Source: Candidatus Falkowbacteria bacterium
Lineage (GTDB): Bacteria; Patescibacteriota; Patescibacteriia; Patescibacteriales; UBA12465
Length of the DNA: 64,000 nt
NCBI GenBank assembly: GCA_016432645.1
Contig: CP066698.1
Location: forward strand, 581,062 to 645,061
Reading direction: 5' to 3'
Below, piece by piece: positions 31,756 to 39,945 of this stretch. Position numbers and translations under genes: made by a program. The notes beneath the pieces were generated by a model that made no database searches, had not been told where the DNA came from, and saw nothing but the letters and a program-made list of their open reading frames with translations. The stretch's first letter is position 1; the number at the start of each line of letters is the position of its first letter.

Positions 31756-31764
31756 ATAATTAAC

Positions 31765-32499
31765 TTATTTTTTTGTCCCTTGCTTCTTAACTTTATCAAT
31801 CGCCGCGGCTAAAGTTTTTTTATCGGCCAAATAATAATGTTTTACTGGTTTTAACTTTTTATCAAGTTCATAAATTAGAGGAATGCCCGTTGGTATATTA
31901 ACACCCGAAATTTCGGTGGCGGATATTTTATCAAGATATTTTACAATCGCGCGCAAACTATTACCGCTAGCAGCAATAATAATTTTTTTACCAGCCTTTA
32001 TTTGCGGAACAACTTCATCTTTCCAAAATGGCATCACTCTAGCCACGACATCCTTTAGACTTTCCGTTTCAGGCACTTTTATTCCTTTATATTTTGAATC
32101 ATTCTTTTGATTAAAAGGATTATTTTTATCAATCTTAGGCGGAGGCGTACTATAACTGCGGCGCCAAATCAGAATTTGTTGTTCGCCAAATTTAGCCGCC
32201 ATCTCTTTCTTATTTAATCCTTGCAAATTTCCATAGTGTCTTTCGTTCAAGCGCCAATCGCTAATAACCTCTGGCTTTTGCTTCATAGTTTTTAAAGTGA
32301 TAGCCAGGGTTTTTGAAGCCCTTTTTAAAAGAGAGGTAAATGCTAAATCAAACTTAAATCCCTTTTTAAAAAGCTCCGTGCCAGCATTTAAAGCCTCTTC
32401 TCTGCCTTTGGCGGTCAAATCAACGTCTGTCCAGCCGGTAAACAAGCCTTTCTTATTCCAAGTGCTTTCACCGTGACGAAGTAAAACAATTTTGTACAT
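31765..32499 (-). CDS. gpmA: 2,3-bisphosphoglycerate-dependent phosphoglycerate mutase
   Basis: 244 aa. LLRHGESTWNKKGLFTGWTDVDLT (RHGE motif with catalytic His) and SLLKRA. Confidence 0.9.
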   Translation of the reverse strand: MYKIVLLRHGESTWNKKGLFTGWTDVDLTAKGREEALNAGTELFKKGFKFDLAFTSLLKRASKTLAITLKTMKQKPEVISDWRLNERHYGNLQGLNKKEMAAKFGEQQILIWRRSYSTPPPKIDKNNPFNQKNDSKYKGIKVPETESLKDVVARVMPFWKDEVVPQIKAGKKIIIAASGNSLRAIVKYLDKISATEISGVNIPTGIPLIYELDKKLKPVKHYYLADKKTLAAAIDKVKKQGTKK

Positions 32500-32542
32500 A
32501 ATTTATAAAACTTATATTTTTATTTTTCCATTATATCATAAA

Positions 32543-32572
32543 TTGACTATAAAAGTTTAAAAATGATAGTAT
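32543..32572 (+). promoter_or_regulatory. Putative promoter of the LysM-M23 gene
   Basis: TTGACT (32543-32548), an 18-nt spacer ending in TGa (extended -10), then TAGTAT (32567-32572). Confidence 0.4.
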
Positions 32573-32944
32573 AAAGTATAGTCTAATAGCAATTATATAA
32601 AAAATACTAAGACTAGCCAATTTAAGAAAATAGCCATCGAAGGCGGCCTAATCGGCATTAAATCGTTAAATATCTTAGGAAATTTAGCGATTAGCGTTTC
32701 CCGACTTATTGCCGGCTTTTTTCGTTTATTTTTTCGGCTGTTTTTCTATAAAATACTGGTTAAAATATACTTCCAGATTTTCCGCTTTAAAAAGAATAAT
32801 CTGCAAGAAAGAAGCTCCGCGCAATTTATTAGAAACAATCAAGTTTTTGTTTTTATTTTAATTTTCGCGATTATTTTTATTATTTCCAACTTAAGCAATA
32901 AAAGTAAAATTAATGCCGCCGAAAGCCTGATTCCACAAACCGTC

Positions 32945-33976
32945 ATGTCCAACTTGGTAACTAATGAATTCAGTTCGGCCACGGAAGACGGCGAACTGAT
33001 TGAGGAATTTTATACGCCCGACACCTTAAAAGCGGCCGGCAAAGAAAAATATTTAGACTCGCTATCTATGGTTGATAAACAGGCCGCTCTAAATGCTAAT
33101 ACTGAAACAGAAGATTACGCCCCCTTAGTGTTTGTCAGCGAAGAAGGCATGGCCGTCAAGCCAATAATGATTGGCTCAAGCACAAATAGCGAAGGCGTTA
33201 CCCCTCAACGCGATAAGATTGTTTATTATACTGTTCAAAAAGGAGACACTATCAGTACTATTGCTCGTAATTTTGGCATTACTATTAATACTATTTTATG
33301 GGCCAACAATCTATCGGCTTATAGCTTAATAAGGCCGGGAGATAGCTTGACTATCCTGCCTTATAGCGGCGTAATCCATACTGTAAAAAGTGGCGATACT
33401 ATTTCCCGGATTGCTAAGTTATACGGCGTAGAGGACGAAAAAATACTCAGCAGTAATAATATTGGCGGCACTCTAAAAATTGGCGAAAAAATTATTGTTC
33501 CTGGCGGCAGTAAATTAACCACCTCTGTAGCTACTACCAGAACTGCCAATACCACCGGTCTTTCAATAATTAAAGATATCATTAAAGCCCCATCAGCCAC
33601 GGCAGCTGCCGGAGCCAAAATGGTTTGGCCGACTGTTGGCCGGCGCATTACCCAATATTTCTCTTGGAAACATAACGGCTTAGACATTGCCAATAAAGTT
33701 GGTACCGCAATTTATGCAGCCGATGCCGGAACGGTAGAAATAGCGGCCGGCGGTTATAACGGCGGTTACGGCAATACCATCTTAATTAATCATGGCGGCG
33801 GTAAAAAAACACGTTATGGACACTTGTCTAAACTATACGTCAAAGCGGGAGATAAAGTAGAGCGCGGTGAAAACATCGGCTTAATGGGTTCAACTGGACG
33901 TTCAACCGGATCGCATCTTCATTTTGAAGTCGTCATTAACGGATCAAGATATAATCCCTTAAATTATATAAAATAA
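32945..33976 (+). CDS. LysM-domain M23 family metallopeptidase (conservative ATG start; the true start is probably upstream near 32597)
   Basis: 343 aa. Two LysM repeats (YTVQKGDTISTIARNFGI..., HTVKSGDTISRIAKLYGV...) and the M23 motifs HNGLDIA and GSTGRSTGSHLHFEV. The frame stays open for 121 more codons upstream (see findings). Confidence 0.85.
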   Translation: MSNLVTNEFSSATEDGELIEEFYTPDTLKAAGKEKYLDSLSMVDKQAALNANTETEDYAPLVFVSEEGMAVKPIMIGSSTNSEGVTPQRDKIVYYTVQKGDTISTIARNFGITINTILWANNLSAYSLIRPGDSLTILPYSGVIHTVKSGDTISRIAKLYGVEDEKILSSNNIGGTLKIGEKIIVPGGSKLTTSVATTRTANTTGLSIIKDIIKAPSATAAAGAKMVWPTVGRRITQYFSWKHNGLDIANKVGTAIYAADAGTVEIAAGGYNGGYGNTILINHGGGKKTRYGHLSKLYVKAGDKVERGENIGLMGSTGRSTGSHLHFEVVINGSRYNPLNYIK

Positions 33977-33988
33977 AAAATAAAAAGT

Positions 33989-34249
33989 ATGGTGGGACAA
34001 ATCATTTTAGGCGCAATTATGATTGCGGCCGGAGCCGGAGCGGTTATCAAAACCGAATGGATAATTAATAATTTTGGACGCATGGCCTGGTTTGAAGAAA
34101 AACTAGGCTCCGAAGGCGGCTCCAGATTAGGTTATAAATTAATCGGAGTTGTAGTACTCGCCATTGGAATTATTGTGATGACCGGCAGTGGTGATGATTT
34201 TATGCGCTGGTTATTATCACCAATTATAAAGTACAGCCTGCCTAAATAA
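33989..34249 (+). CDS. Small membrane protein (two TM helices)
   Basis: 86 aa, MVGQIILGAIMIAAGAGAVI ... LIGVVVLAIGIIVMTG. No homology assessed. Confidence 0.5.
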   Translation: MVGQIILGAIMIAAGAGAVIKTEWIINNFGRMAWFEEKLGSEGGSRLGYKLIGVVVLAIGIIVMTGSGDDFMRWLLSPIIKYSLPK

Positions 34250-34257
34250 ATTAGCTC

Positions 34258-34286
34258 TTGACCGCGCGCCAAACAATTGATAATCT
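34258..34286 (+). promoter_or_regulatory. Promoter of tRNA-Ala
   Basis: TTGACC (34258-34263), 17 nt, TAATCT (34281-34286), about 27 nt upstream of the tRNA 5' end. Confidence 0.5.
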
Positions 34287-34313
34287 GGATTACAGTCACG
34301 CGTAGTTAAGTTT

Positions 34314-34387
34314 GGGCCCTTAGCTCAGCTGGCTAGAGCACCTGCTTTGCAAGCAGGGGGTCAAGGGTTCGAATCCCTTAGGGTCCA
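34314..34387 (+). tRNA. tRNA-Ala (anticodon TGC)
   Basis: Hand-folded cloverleaf: GGGCCCT/AGGGTCC acceptor with the G3-U70 Ala identity pair, anticodon loop CTTTGCAA, T-loop GGTTCGAATCC, discriminator A. CCA is not encoded. Confidence 0.95.
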
Positions 34388-34399
34388 CAAAATAAAAAT

Positions 34400-34430
34400 C
34401 CCCGTAACTTTTTTAAGCTACGGGGTTTTT
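34400..34430. terminator. Intrinsic terminator after tRNA-Ala (A-run upstream makes it potentially bidirectional)
   Basis: CCCCGTA (34400-34406) / TACGGGG (34419-34425) followed by TTTTT. Confidence 0.7.
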
Positions 34431-34462
34431 GTTTTCCAATAATACAAATGTTGTCTCTCAAA

Positions 34463-36160
34463 CTAATCAAAGTAAGTAATTCCATTTTCTTCATTAAAAT
34501 CACCGCCGATAAAAGCAGATGTAAGCGTCACTGGCGTTGGCTTGGTTTTTTGAAGCACTAACATCGTTCGCCGCAAATTATCAGGCGAACCGGCATTCTC
34601 CAGAGCGATTACTTTAAAATAATCGCGAGGAAAAAGTTTAACCAAAGTTTTCGGTCCAATCCGCCAAAAATCTACCGGCGCTTCATGCTTAGGGAATGAT
34701 TTGCCAGGAACGGTAATAAAAATATAACCGTCTACTTGGCAAATTCTAGCCATCTCGTTGATTACGCGCCAAGGATGCTTGGTGTGTTCCAGTAACTCAA
34801 CTGCCCAAACCTGATTTTGGCTTTCGTCTGAAAAAATTGTCTGTAAATTTTCAGCATCAGCCACCAAATTATCCATTCCAGGGACAGCTTCCAAATCAAG
34901 ATTAGAAAATTTAGCCATAGAAATTAATGACTTAAAATCTTCTTTTTGCTTTTCTTCAAGCAAACCCAAAACTTCACCTTGGGCCGAGCCTAAATTCACA
35001 ATTACATCACCTTCTTTAATTAAAGGAGCAACTTCTTGATAAAAGAAACTAATCACCTCGGGAATTCCCGGGCAATCTAAATCTAATTTATCACTTTCCT
35101 TAATTGCCGGCAGATGCTTTTCAGCATCAAAACGATTAATGTACTTATCAAACAATAGATGGCCATTTAAATCGGTGCTGATAAAATGAAAACCCATCCG
35201 CCACAACAAATGCTGGATGCTGGAATTGGCGGTTGAATTAACCAACTGTAGAAAAACTTTGGAAACACCCTGTTTCCTAAGTTTACCGAGTAAAATAGCT
35301 AAGGCTCGCTCTTCAAAGTTAAAGCCCATGGCACTGGAGGAAAAAGTAGCATTTTCAATAGTTGCTTCATCGCCATTAACGCTAACTATAAAAGAGCCAA
35401 TTAAACCAAAAGAATTCCCTTGTTGTGAGGCGGAAATGGCATAAATGACACTTCCGGAATTAACCTTCTGAAAAATTATTTCCAAAAGCTCACGCTCGTC
35501 ATTAAAAACAAAGGGATTGAAGTTTAATTTTTGAGTGGTAAAAAATAATCTAGCCAAACGATACAAATCATTAACCGAAGGCGAAGCTAAACAAATTTCT
35601 TGCCGCAAAGCTTTTTGCAACTCCAGGCTGGCGCTCTTCCCCCATGACAAAAACCATTTATCAAGTTTGGCTCGATAACGATTCTGCCGATGCTTAATGG
35701 ATGACAAAAGTTCAACCGAACGAATATCGACCACCGGAATGGCGCTCAAAAAAATAATTTGCTCCGGTTCCAAAACATGGAGCCGGGGAAAATTTTCTTG
35801 CGCCGCTTTACGCTTAGCAGGGTTGCTGTCAATAAATATTGCTGCTGATTGAGAAATCTGCGTTGCTTCCAAAAGCTGGGCAATATTTTTTACCTTGGGC
35901 TCCAAATTAGCCATAATGTAGGTAAATAGATTTTTATCAATTCCTAATGATTCCAAGGCTCGTAAAACTACGTCGCGATCATTTTTAGAGATAATAAAAA
36001 TTTGAATTCCCCGAGCATACAGGAACTTGATAGCTTCTAAGCGCTCTGGGTCCAGAACAAACTGGTCATCATTAATTGCTCCCTTCAAAAGGGTTTGACC
36101 TAGATCAACAATAACAGCGGCGATCTTTTTCGCCGTTAATAAACTCCTAGATAGTTCCAT
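34463..36160 (-). CDS. Three-part fusion: FkbH-like HAD-IIIC domain, GNAT-like domain, and class I SAM-dependent methyltransferase domain
   Basis: 565 aa. HAD-IIIC/FkbH pattern: VDLGQTLL ... IFIISKNDRDVV ... EPKVKNIAQLLEATQISQSAAIFIDSNPAKR. The middle part is GNAT-like (LLGKLRKQGVSKVFLQLVNSTANSSIQHLLWRMGF). The C-terminus is methyltransferase-like (GDVIVNLGSAQGE ... AVELLEHTKHPWRVINEMARICQVDGYIFITVP). Confidence 0.6.
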   Translation of the reverse strand: MELSRSLLTAKKIAAVIVDLGQTLLKGAINDDQFVLDPERLEAIKFLYARGIQIFIISKNDRDVVLRALESLGIDKNLFTYIMANLEPKVKNIAQLLEATQISQSAAIFIDSNPAKRKAAQENFPRLHVLEPEQIIFLSAIPVVDIRSVELLSSIKHRQNRYRAKLDKWFLSWGKSASLELQKALRQEICLASPSVNDLYRLARLFFTTQKLNFNPFVFNDERELLEIIFQKVNSGSVIYAISASQQGNSFGLIGSFIVSVNGDEATIENATFSSSAMGFNFEERALAILLGKLRKQGVSKVFLQLVNSTANSSIQHLLWRMGFHFISTDLNGHLLFDKYINRFDAEKHLPAIKESDKLDLDCPGIPEVISFFYQEVAPLIKEGDVIVNLGSAQGEVLGLLEEKQKEDFKSLISMAKFSNLDLEAVPGMDNLVADAENLQTIFSDESQNQVWAVELLEHTKHPWRVINEMARICQVDGYIFITVPGKSFPKHEAPVDFWRIGPKTLVKLFPRDYFKVIALENAGSPDNLRRTMLVLQKTKPTPVTLTSAFIGGDFNEENGITYFD

Positions 36161-36204
36161 TTTACTTTTATTTGAGGTTACACATATTTTTAAAGAACCC
36201 GTCT

Positions 36205-36233
36205 ATAATAAAATAAAAATAGATAAATGTCAA
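36205..36233 (-). promoter_or_regulatory. Consensus-like promoter of the FkbH-like fusion gene
   Basis: Minus strand TTGACA (36233-36228), 17 nt, TATTAT (36210-36205), about 45 nt upstream of the ATG at 36160. Confidence 0.6.
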
Positions 36234-36235
36234 TA

Positions 36236-36265
36236 TAAAAGCCCCGCAAAGAGGCGAGGCTTTTT
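36236..36265 (-). terminator. Intrinsic terminator after ddl
   Basis: Minus strand AAAAAGCCTCGC-ctcttt-GCGGGGCTTTTAT, 30 nt downstream of the ddl stop. Confidence 0.6.
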
Positions 36266-36295
36266 AAATAAATCTTATTTTTTACCTAATATTTA

Positions 36296-37474
36296 TTATT
36301 TTTGTGCTAACTTTAAACTTTTTAACTGGCTCAAAACTTCCGAGGAAAAACTGTGGACTGAAGTCTCTTTTTCTTCTTGCCGGACAAGGGCGTCGGCAAT
36401 CAACTGCCTGACAAGTTCGGCAATTTTAACGCCGCTTTTCTCCCAGAGATGGTGATATAAAGTTCCGGGAAGCGGGTTTATCTCATTAGCAAAATACTGG
36501 CCGGTTGCTTTATTATATAAAAAGTCAAAACGAGCAATACCGACACAACCGAGCGCCCGGAAAATTTTCAGCGATGTTTCTTGGATACCTTTAGTAGCAT
36601 TGGCATCTAAACTGGCCGGAATAATTATTTTCTTTTCTGCCTGCCCCAGCTGCGCGCCGCCATCGCTTAAATATTTATCTTCGTAACTAAATAAGCCTTC
36701 ACTAAAAGATGATTCTTGCAATAATGATGGTTGGGGCTTTTGATAACCTCGAACGGCACAAGTGACATCCATTAAATTTTCGACCCCCTCCTCAACCAAT
36801 AGCTGATCATCGTAATGCAAAGCCACCTCGCACGCTTGTTCCAAATCTTTAAAATCACTGACTTTAGTAATACCGATAGACGAACCGAGATGCGGCGGTT
36901 TTACAAACACCGGCAAGCGCAAAGAGGTCTTAATATTTTCCAGAACTTTTACCTTATCTACCTGCCACTCGGTGCGGCTATAAAAAACAAATTTAGTGGT
37001 CGGGATATTTAAGCCTTGGTAAAAAATCTTGGTTAAAACTTTATTCATCGCAATACTGGAAGCGGCCACGTCGCAGCCGGCATAAGGAATATTAAAAACA
37101 TTGAATAATCCCTGCATCGCTCCGTCCTCGCCCAGATTGCCATGAAAAGCCGGAAAAGCAAAATCAATTATTTGCTTTTTCGCCACCAGACCGGACTTTT
37201 TAAATACCAGGCAATCACGGGAGGTATCCAAATCTAAATTGTAAGCGCCCATATTCTTTAAGGACTCCTGATAATTACCGGTACTGAAAAAAGCCAGGCT
37301 GCCAAGTCTTTCATCAATAAAAAAATGTTCCTGCTTATCCAAATAAATAGGAATAACTTCATATTCCGGCATCTTTTTTAAGACCGAAATAATTAATTGC
37401 CCAGTGATAATTGAAATATCATGCTCCGGACTCTTACCACCAAAAAAAACTCCGATTCGTTTAATATTTTTCAT
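36296..37474 (-). CDS. ddl: D-alanine--D-alanine ligase
   Basis: 392 aa. IGVFFGGKSPEHDISIITG, HGNLGEDGAMQGLF, an ATP-grasp core, and EINPLPG at the C-terminus. Confidence 0.9.
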   Translation of the reverse strand: MKNIKRIGVFFGGKSPEHDISIITGQLIISVLKKMPEYEVIPIYLDKQEHFFIDERLGSLAFFSTGNYQESLKNMGAYNLDLDTSRDCLVFKKSGLVAKKQIIDFAFPAFHGNLGEDGAMQGLFNVFNIPYAGCDVAASSIAMNKVLTKIFYQGLNIPTTKFVFYSRTEWQVDKVKVLENIKTSLRLPVFVKPPHLGSSIGITKVSDFKDLEQACEVALHYDDQLLVEEGVENLMDVTCAVRGYQKPQPSLLQESSFSEGLFSYEDKYLSDGGAQLGQAEKKIIIPASLDANATKGIQETSLKIFRALGCVGIARFDFLYNKATGQYFANEINPLPGTLYHHLWEKSGVKIAELVRQLIADALVRQEEKETSVHSFSSEVLSQLKSLKLAQK

Positions 37475-37483
37475 ATAAGTAAA

Positions 37484-38854
37484 TTATTTATAATTATCCG
37501 GCCAATCATTCTGAAAAATAATGGTATCGCCTGCACGCAAAACATTAGCTAAATCTTGGTGTGCGGCAATAGCGTCGGGATATTCTTTAAAATTTAAAAA
37601 ACCAATTTTCCGAAATTCATCAGCAATGTAAGCGGTGGCGCTATTTTTTATTAATAGCACTAAATCAATTTTTTTTGAAGCATAGAGTCGGGCAATTTCC
37701 CGATGGCGTTCTTCTTTTTTATCACCCAGCTCTACCAAGCCCGGAGTAATGACCAGGCGTCTTCCGGTGGCACGACCCAAAACTTCCAAGCCGCTCTTAA
37801 AACCATCAAAATTACCATTATAACTATCATCAATTACTAATAGTTGAGAGGCTTTATTCCAAATCGGTTCCAAACGATTCTTAATAATTGGCATGGCGGC
37901 GATAGGCGCAATCGCTTTATTTAAATCCATTCCCAATTCTTGAGCCAAAGACAAAGACATCGCCAGTAAAATAATATTGTGCTTAGCTAATAATTTAGTG
38001 GAAAAAGTGATACCCGCATAGCAAAAAGATAGTCCGGAAAAATTCGGCAAAATGTTGAGCTCCTCAACCGAAGAATAGTCAATGCCGACAATGGACGGCA
38101 ATTTGAAACGAGAATAATTTCCTTTAACATTATCATCAACAAAATTTAAAACAACTTTTTTAGCGGTGCGTTCGGCTAATTCGAATTTGGCCTTAATAGT
38201 ATTCTGCAGGCCGCCAAAACGTTCTAGATGAGATTCATTAATGCCGGTTAAAAAAGAATAATCCGGATTTACCAAATCACAAATCTTAGCAATATCGCCG
38301 ATTTGATAAGCGCCCATTTCCACAATAAAAAAATCAGCAGCAGCTAAAGCGGCTTGATTAGTAATAATAAAGTAAGCAATTCCTAAATCGGTATTAATAT
38401 TATTCGGCGTCTTAACAATTTTAAAACCACTTTCTAAAACAACTGCTAAAATTTCTTTCAAGCTAGTCTTGCCGTAACTGCCGGTAATACCGATGACTTC
38501 AACGTGTTGAGCAGCTAAAATCTTTTTTGCCCGGCTAATTACCCTATTTTTTAAAAAATAATCCAGAGGTAAAAACAGCCAAAGGACCAAAACTGCCAAC
38601 AGCGGCAAAATAATTATTAGTAAAACCAAAAATACTAAAGTCCAGAGCTTAAACACGGAAACCGCCAAAGCAATTAAGCAAATAACAACCGCCAACAACA
38701 AATAATAAATAGCCCGCGCTTTCTGAGTCCAATCAATTACTTGGCGTTTTTCTAAAGACCACCAATGCCAATTAGAATAAACGAATGTTAAAAAACGTCG
38801 TACATCATACGACTCTCTTTGTAAAATATAAACTAAGCCGCGGATGATATTCAT
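37484..38854 (-). CDS. murF: MurF-like Mur ligase (UDP-MurNAc-tripeptide : D-Ala-D-Ala ligase) with a membrane-spanning N-terminus
   Basis: 456 aa. P-loop GITGSYGKTS at ~residue 122 and VIDDSYNGN (MurF DDSYNAN motif). It lies adjacent to ddl. Residues ~45-100 are two strongly hydrophobic helices. Confidence 0.75.
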   Translation of the reverse strand: MNIIRGLVYILQRESYDVRRFLTFVYSNWHWWSLEKRQVIDWTQKARAIYYLLLAVVICLIALAVSVFKLWTLVFLVLLIIILPLLAVLVLWLFLPLDYFLKNRVISRAKKILAAQHVEVIGITGSYGKTSLKEILAVVLESGFKIVKTPNNINTDLGIAYFIITNQAALAAADFFIVEMGAYQIGDIAKICDLVNPDYSFLTGINESHLERFGGLQNTIKAKFELAERTAKKVVLNFVDDNVKGNYSRFKLPSIVGIDYSSVEELNILPNFSGLSFCYAGITFSTKLLAKHNIILLAMSLSLAQELGMDLNKAIAPIAAMPIIKNRLEPIWNKASQLLVIDDSYNGNFDGFKSGLEVLGRATGRRLVITPGLVELGDKKEERHREIARLYASKKIDLVLLIKNSATAYIADEFRKIGFLNFKEYPDAIAAHQDLANVLRAGDTIIFQNDWPDNYK

Positions 38855-39591
38855 AGATACTTGGCAATAATTTTCTTAAACTCTTCCGGCTTATCTAAAA
38901 AAGCATAATGTCCGGCGTCAGGGATTGTTTCTAAAACCGCTTGGTAGCTTAAGCTTTTTAGTTTTTCGGCCTGCCGATAAGGCGTCGCCACATCATCTCG
39001 ACCCCAAATTAAAATAATTGGCAGTTGTAACTTGAAAAAGGCGATTTGCCGATCTTCACTAATCAATTTTTTATAGGTTCCAGCCATTTCCCCAGCTTCT
39101 AGATAATCGGCACTAAGTGCCTTGCCAGCCAAACGCCGCCGCCATTTCTGGTTAATAAAGGGAAACAAAATGCGAAAAATTTTAGCGCCGATAAATAACT
39201 TTTGTGAGCGCCCTAATCGCTCCCGAATAACTGCTCCGCCCAGGAGAATCAATTTTTGGGCCTCTCGGCCGGAACTCAAATATTCAACGGCCACTGCCCC
39301 GCCAACACTATGACCAATAATAATCGGGTTCACAATCTTTAATTTGTTTAAAAAATCGGCCACTAATTTTGAGTAATCGGCCAAACCCCAATCTTCTGGC
39401 GGTGCTTCGCTGCCGCCCCAACCAGGAAGGTTAATCGCTAACAAATTAGAAATCTTCCCCATAACCGAGCAAAACAAATCAACCGGCGATTTCCAGCCAG
39501 GTAAAAAAACAACCGCTTGATTGGGATTAAAATCGGAACTAATCAAATAGCTGATTTTTAGGCCATTAACAATGATTTCTTTTTTTATCAT
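38851..39591 (-). CDS. Alpha/beta hydrolase
   Basis: 246 aa. Nucleophile elbow GHSVGG, C-terminal IPDAGHYAF (catalytic His region). ATGA overlap with the murF start. Confidence 0.75.
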   Translation of the reverse strand: MIKKEIIVNGLKISYLISSDFNPNQAVVFLPGWKSPVDLFCSVMGKISNLLAINLPGWGGSEAPPEDWGLADYSKLVADFLNKLKIVNPIIIGHSVGGAVAVEYLSSGREAQKLILLGGAVIRERLGRSQKLFIGAKIFRILFPFINQKWRRRLAGKALSADYLEAGEMAGTYKKLISEDRQIAFFKLQLPIILIWGRDDVATPYRQAEKLKSLSYQAVLETIPDAGHYAFLDKPEEFKKIIAKYL

Positions 39592-39597
39592 ATAAAT

Positions 39598-39606
39598 ATT
39601 ATAGCA
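39598..39606 (-). promoter_or_regulatory. Extended -10 promoter (TGcTATAAT) placed 6 nt from the ATG of the hydrolase-murF-ddl operon; implies a leaderless mRNA
   Basis: Minus strand gaTGcTATAATatttatATG. The -10 is 39603-39598 and the start codon is 39591-39589. Confidence 0.45.
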
Positions 39607-39645
39607 TCCTAGCCCAAAAACAGGAAAAATTCCAGGGCCAAAATA

Positions 39646-39674
39646 TTGACGGCAAAAAGCGATTCCGCTAAAAT
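39646..39674 (+). promoter_or_regulatory. Promoter P1 of island unit U1
   Basis: TTGACG (39646-39651), 17 nt, TAAAAT (39669-39674). Confidence 0.5.
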
Positions 39675-39715
39675 AAGACCATAGTCCTTTTTATTAACAT
39701 CTAAAAATCAGCATC

Positions 39716-39847
39716 ATGAAAAAGAAAAATTTTGCATCATCGACAGCATTGACGACATCTGAAGTATTCGGCGACAACAAAACTGGTAAAAGCGAAATGG
39801 CAGGTTCTTCCGGACAGCAAAGAAGCGAAATGCAACAAAGGAAGTAA
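39716..39847 (+). CDS. Possible 43-aa hydrophilic peptide in unit U1 (this may instead be a non-coding RNA)
   Basis: ATG 39716 to TAA 39845-39847: MKKKNFASSTALTTSEVFGDNKTGKSEMAGSSGQQRSEMQQRK. No Shine-Dalgarno sequence; bounded by promoter P1 and terminator T1. Confidence 0.25.
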   Translation: MKKKNFASSTALTTSEVFGDNKTGKSEMAGSSGQQRSEMQQRK

Positions 39848-39872
39848 AAGATGCCGGGTTTTAAAAATGAAA

Positions 39873-39905
39873 AAGGTTGCCGCTGGTAGCCTTTTTTCTT
39901 TTTCT
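39873..39905 (+). terminator. Intrinsic terminator T1
   Basis: Stem GGTTGC (39875-39880) / GTAGCC (39886-39891) with two G-U pairs, flanked by an A-run and the tail TTTTTTCTTTTTCT. Confidence 0.5.
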
Positions 39906-39910
39906 CCTTA

Positions 39911-39939
39911 TTGACGGCTAAAAATAAAGTAACTACAAT
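39911..39939 (+). promoter_or_regulatory. Promoter P2 of island unit U2
   Basis: TTGACG (39911-39916), 17 nt, TACAAT (39934-39939). The ATTGACGGC context is the same as in P1. Confidence 0.55.
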
Positions 39940-39945
39940 ATAAAT

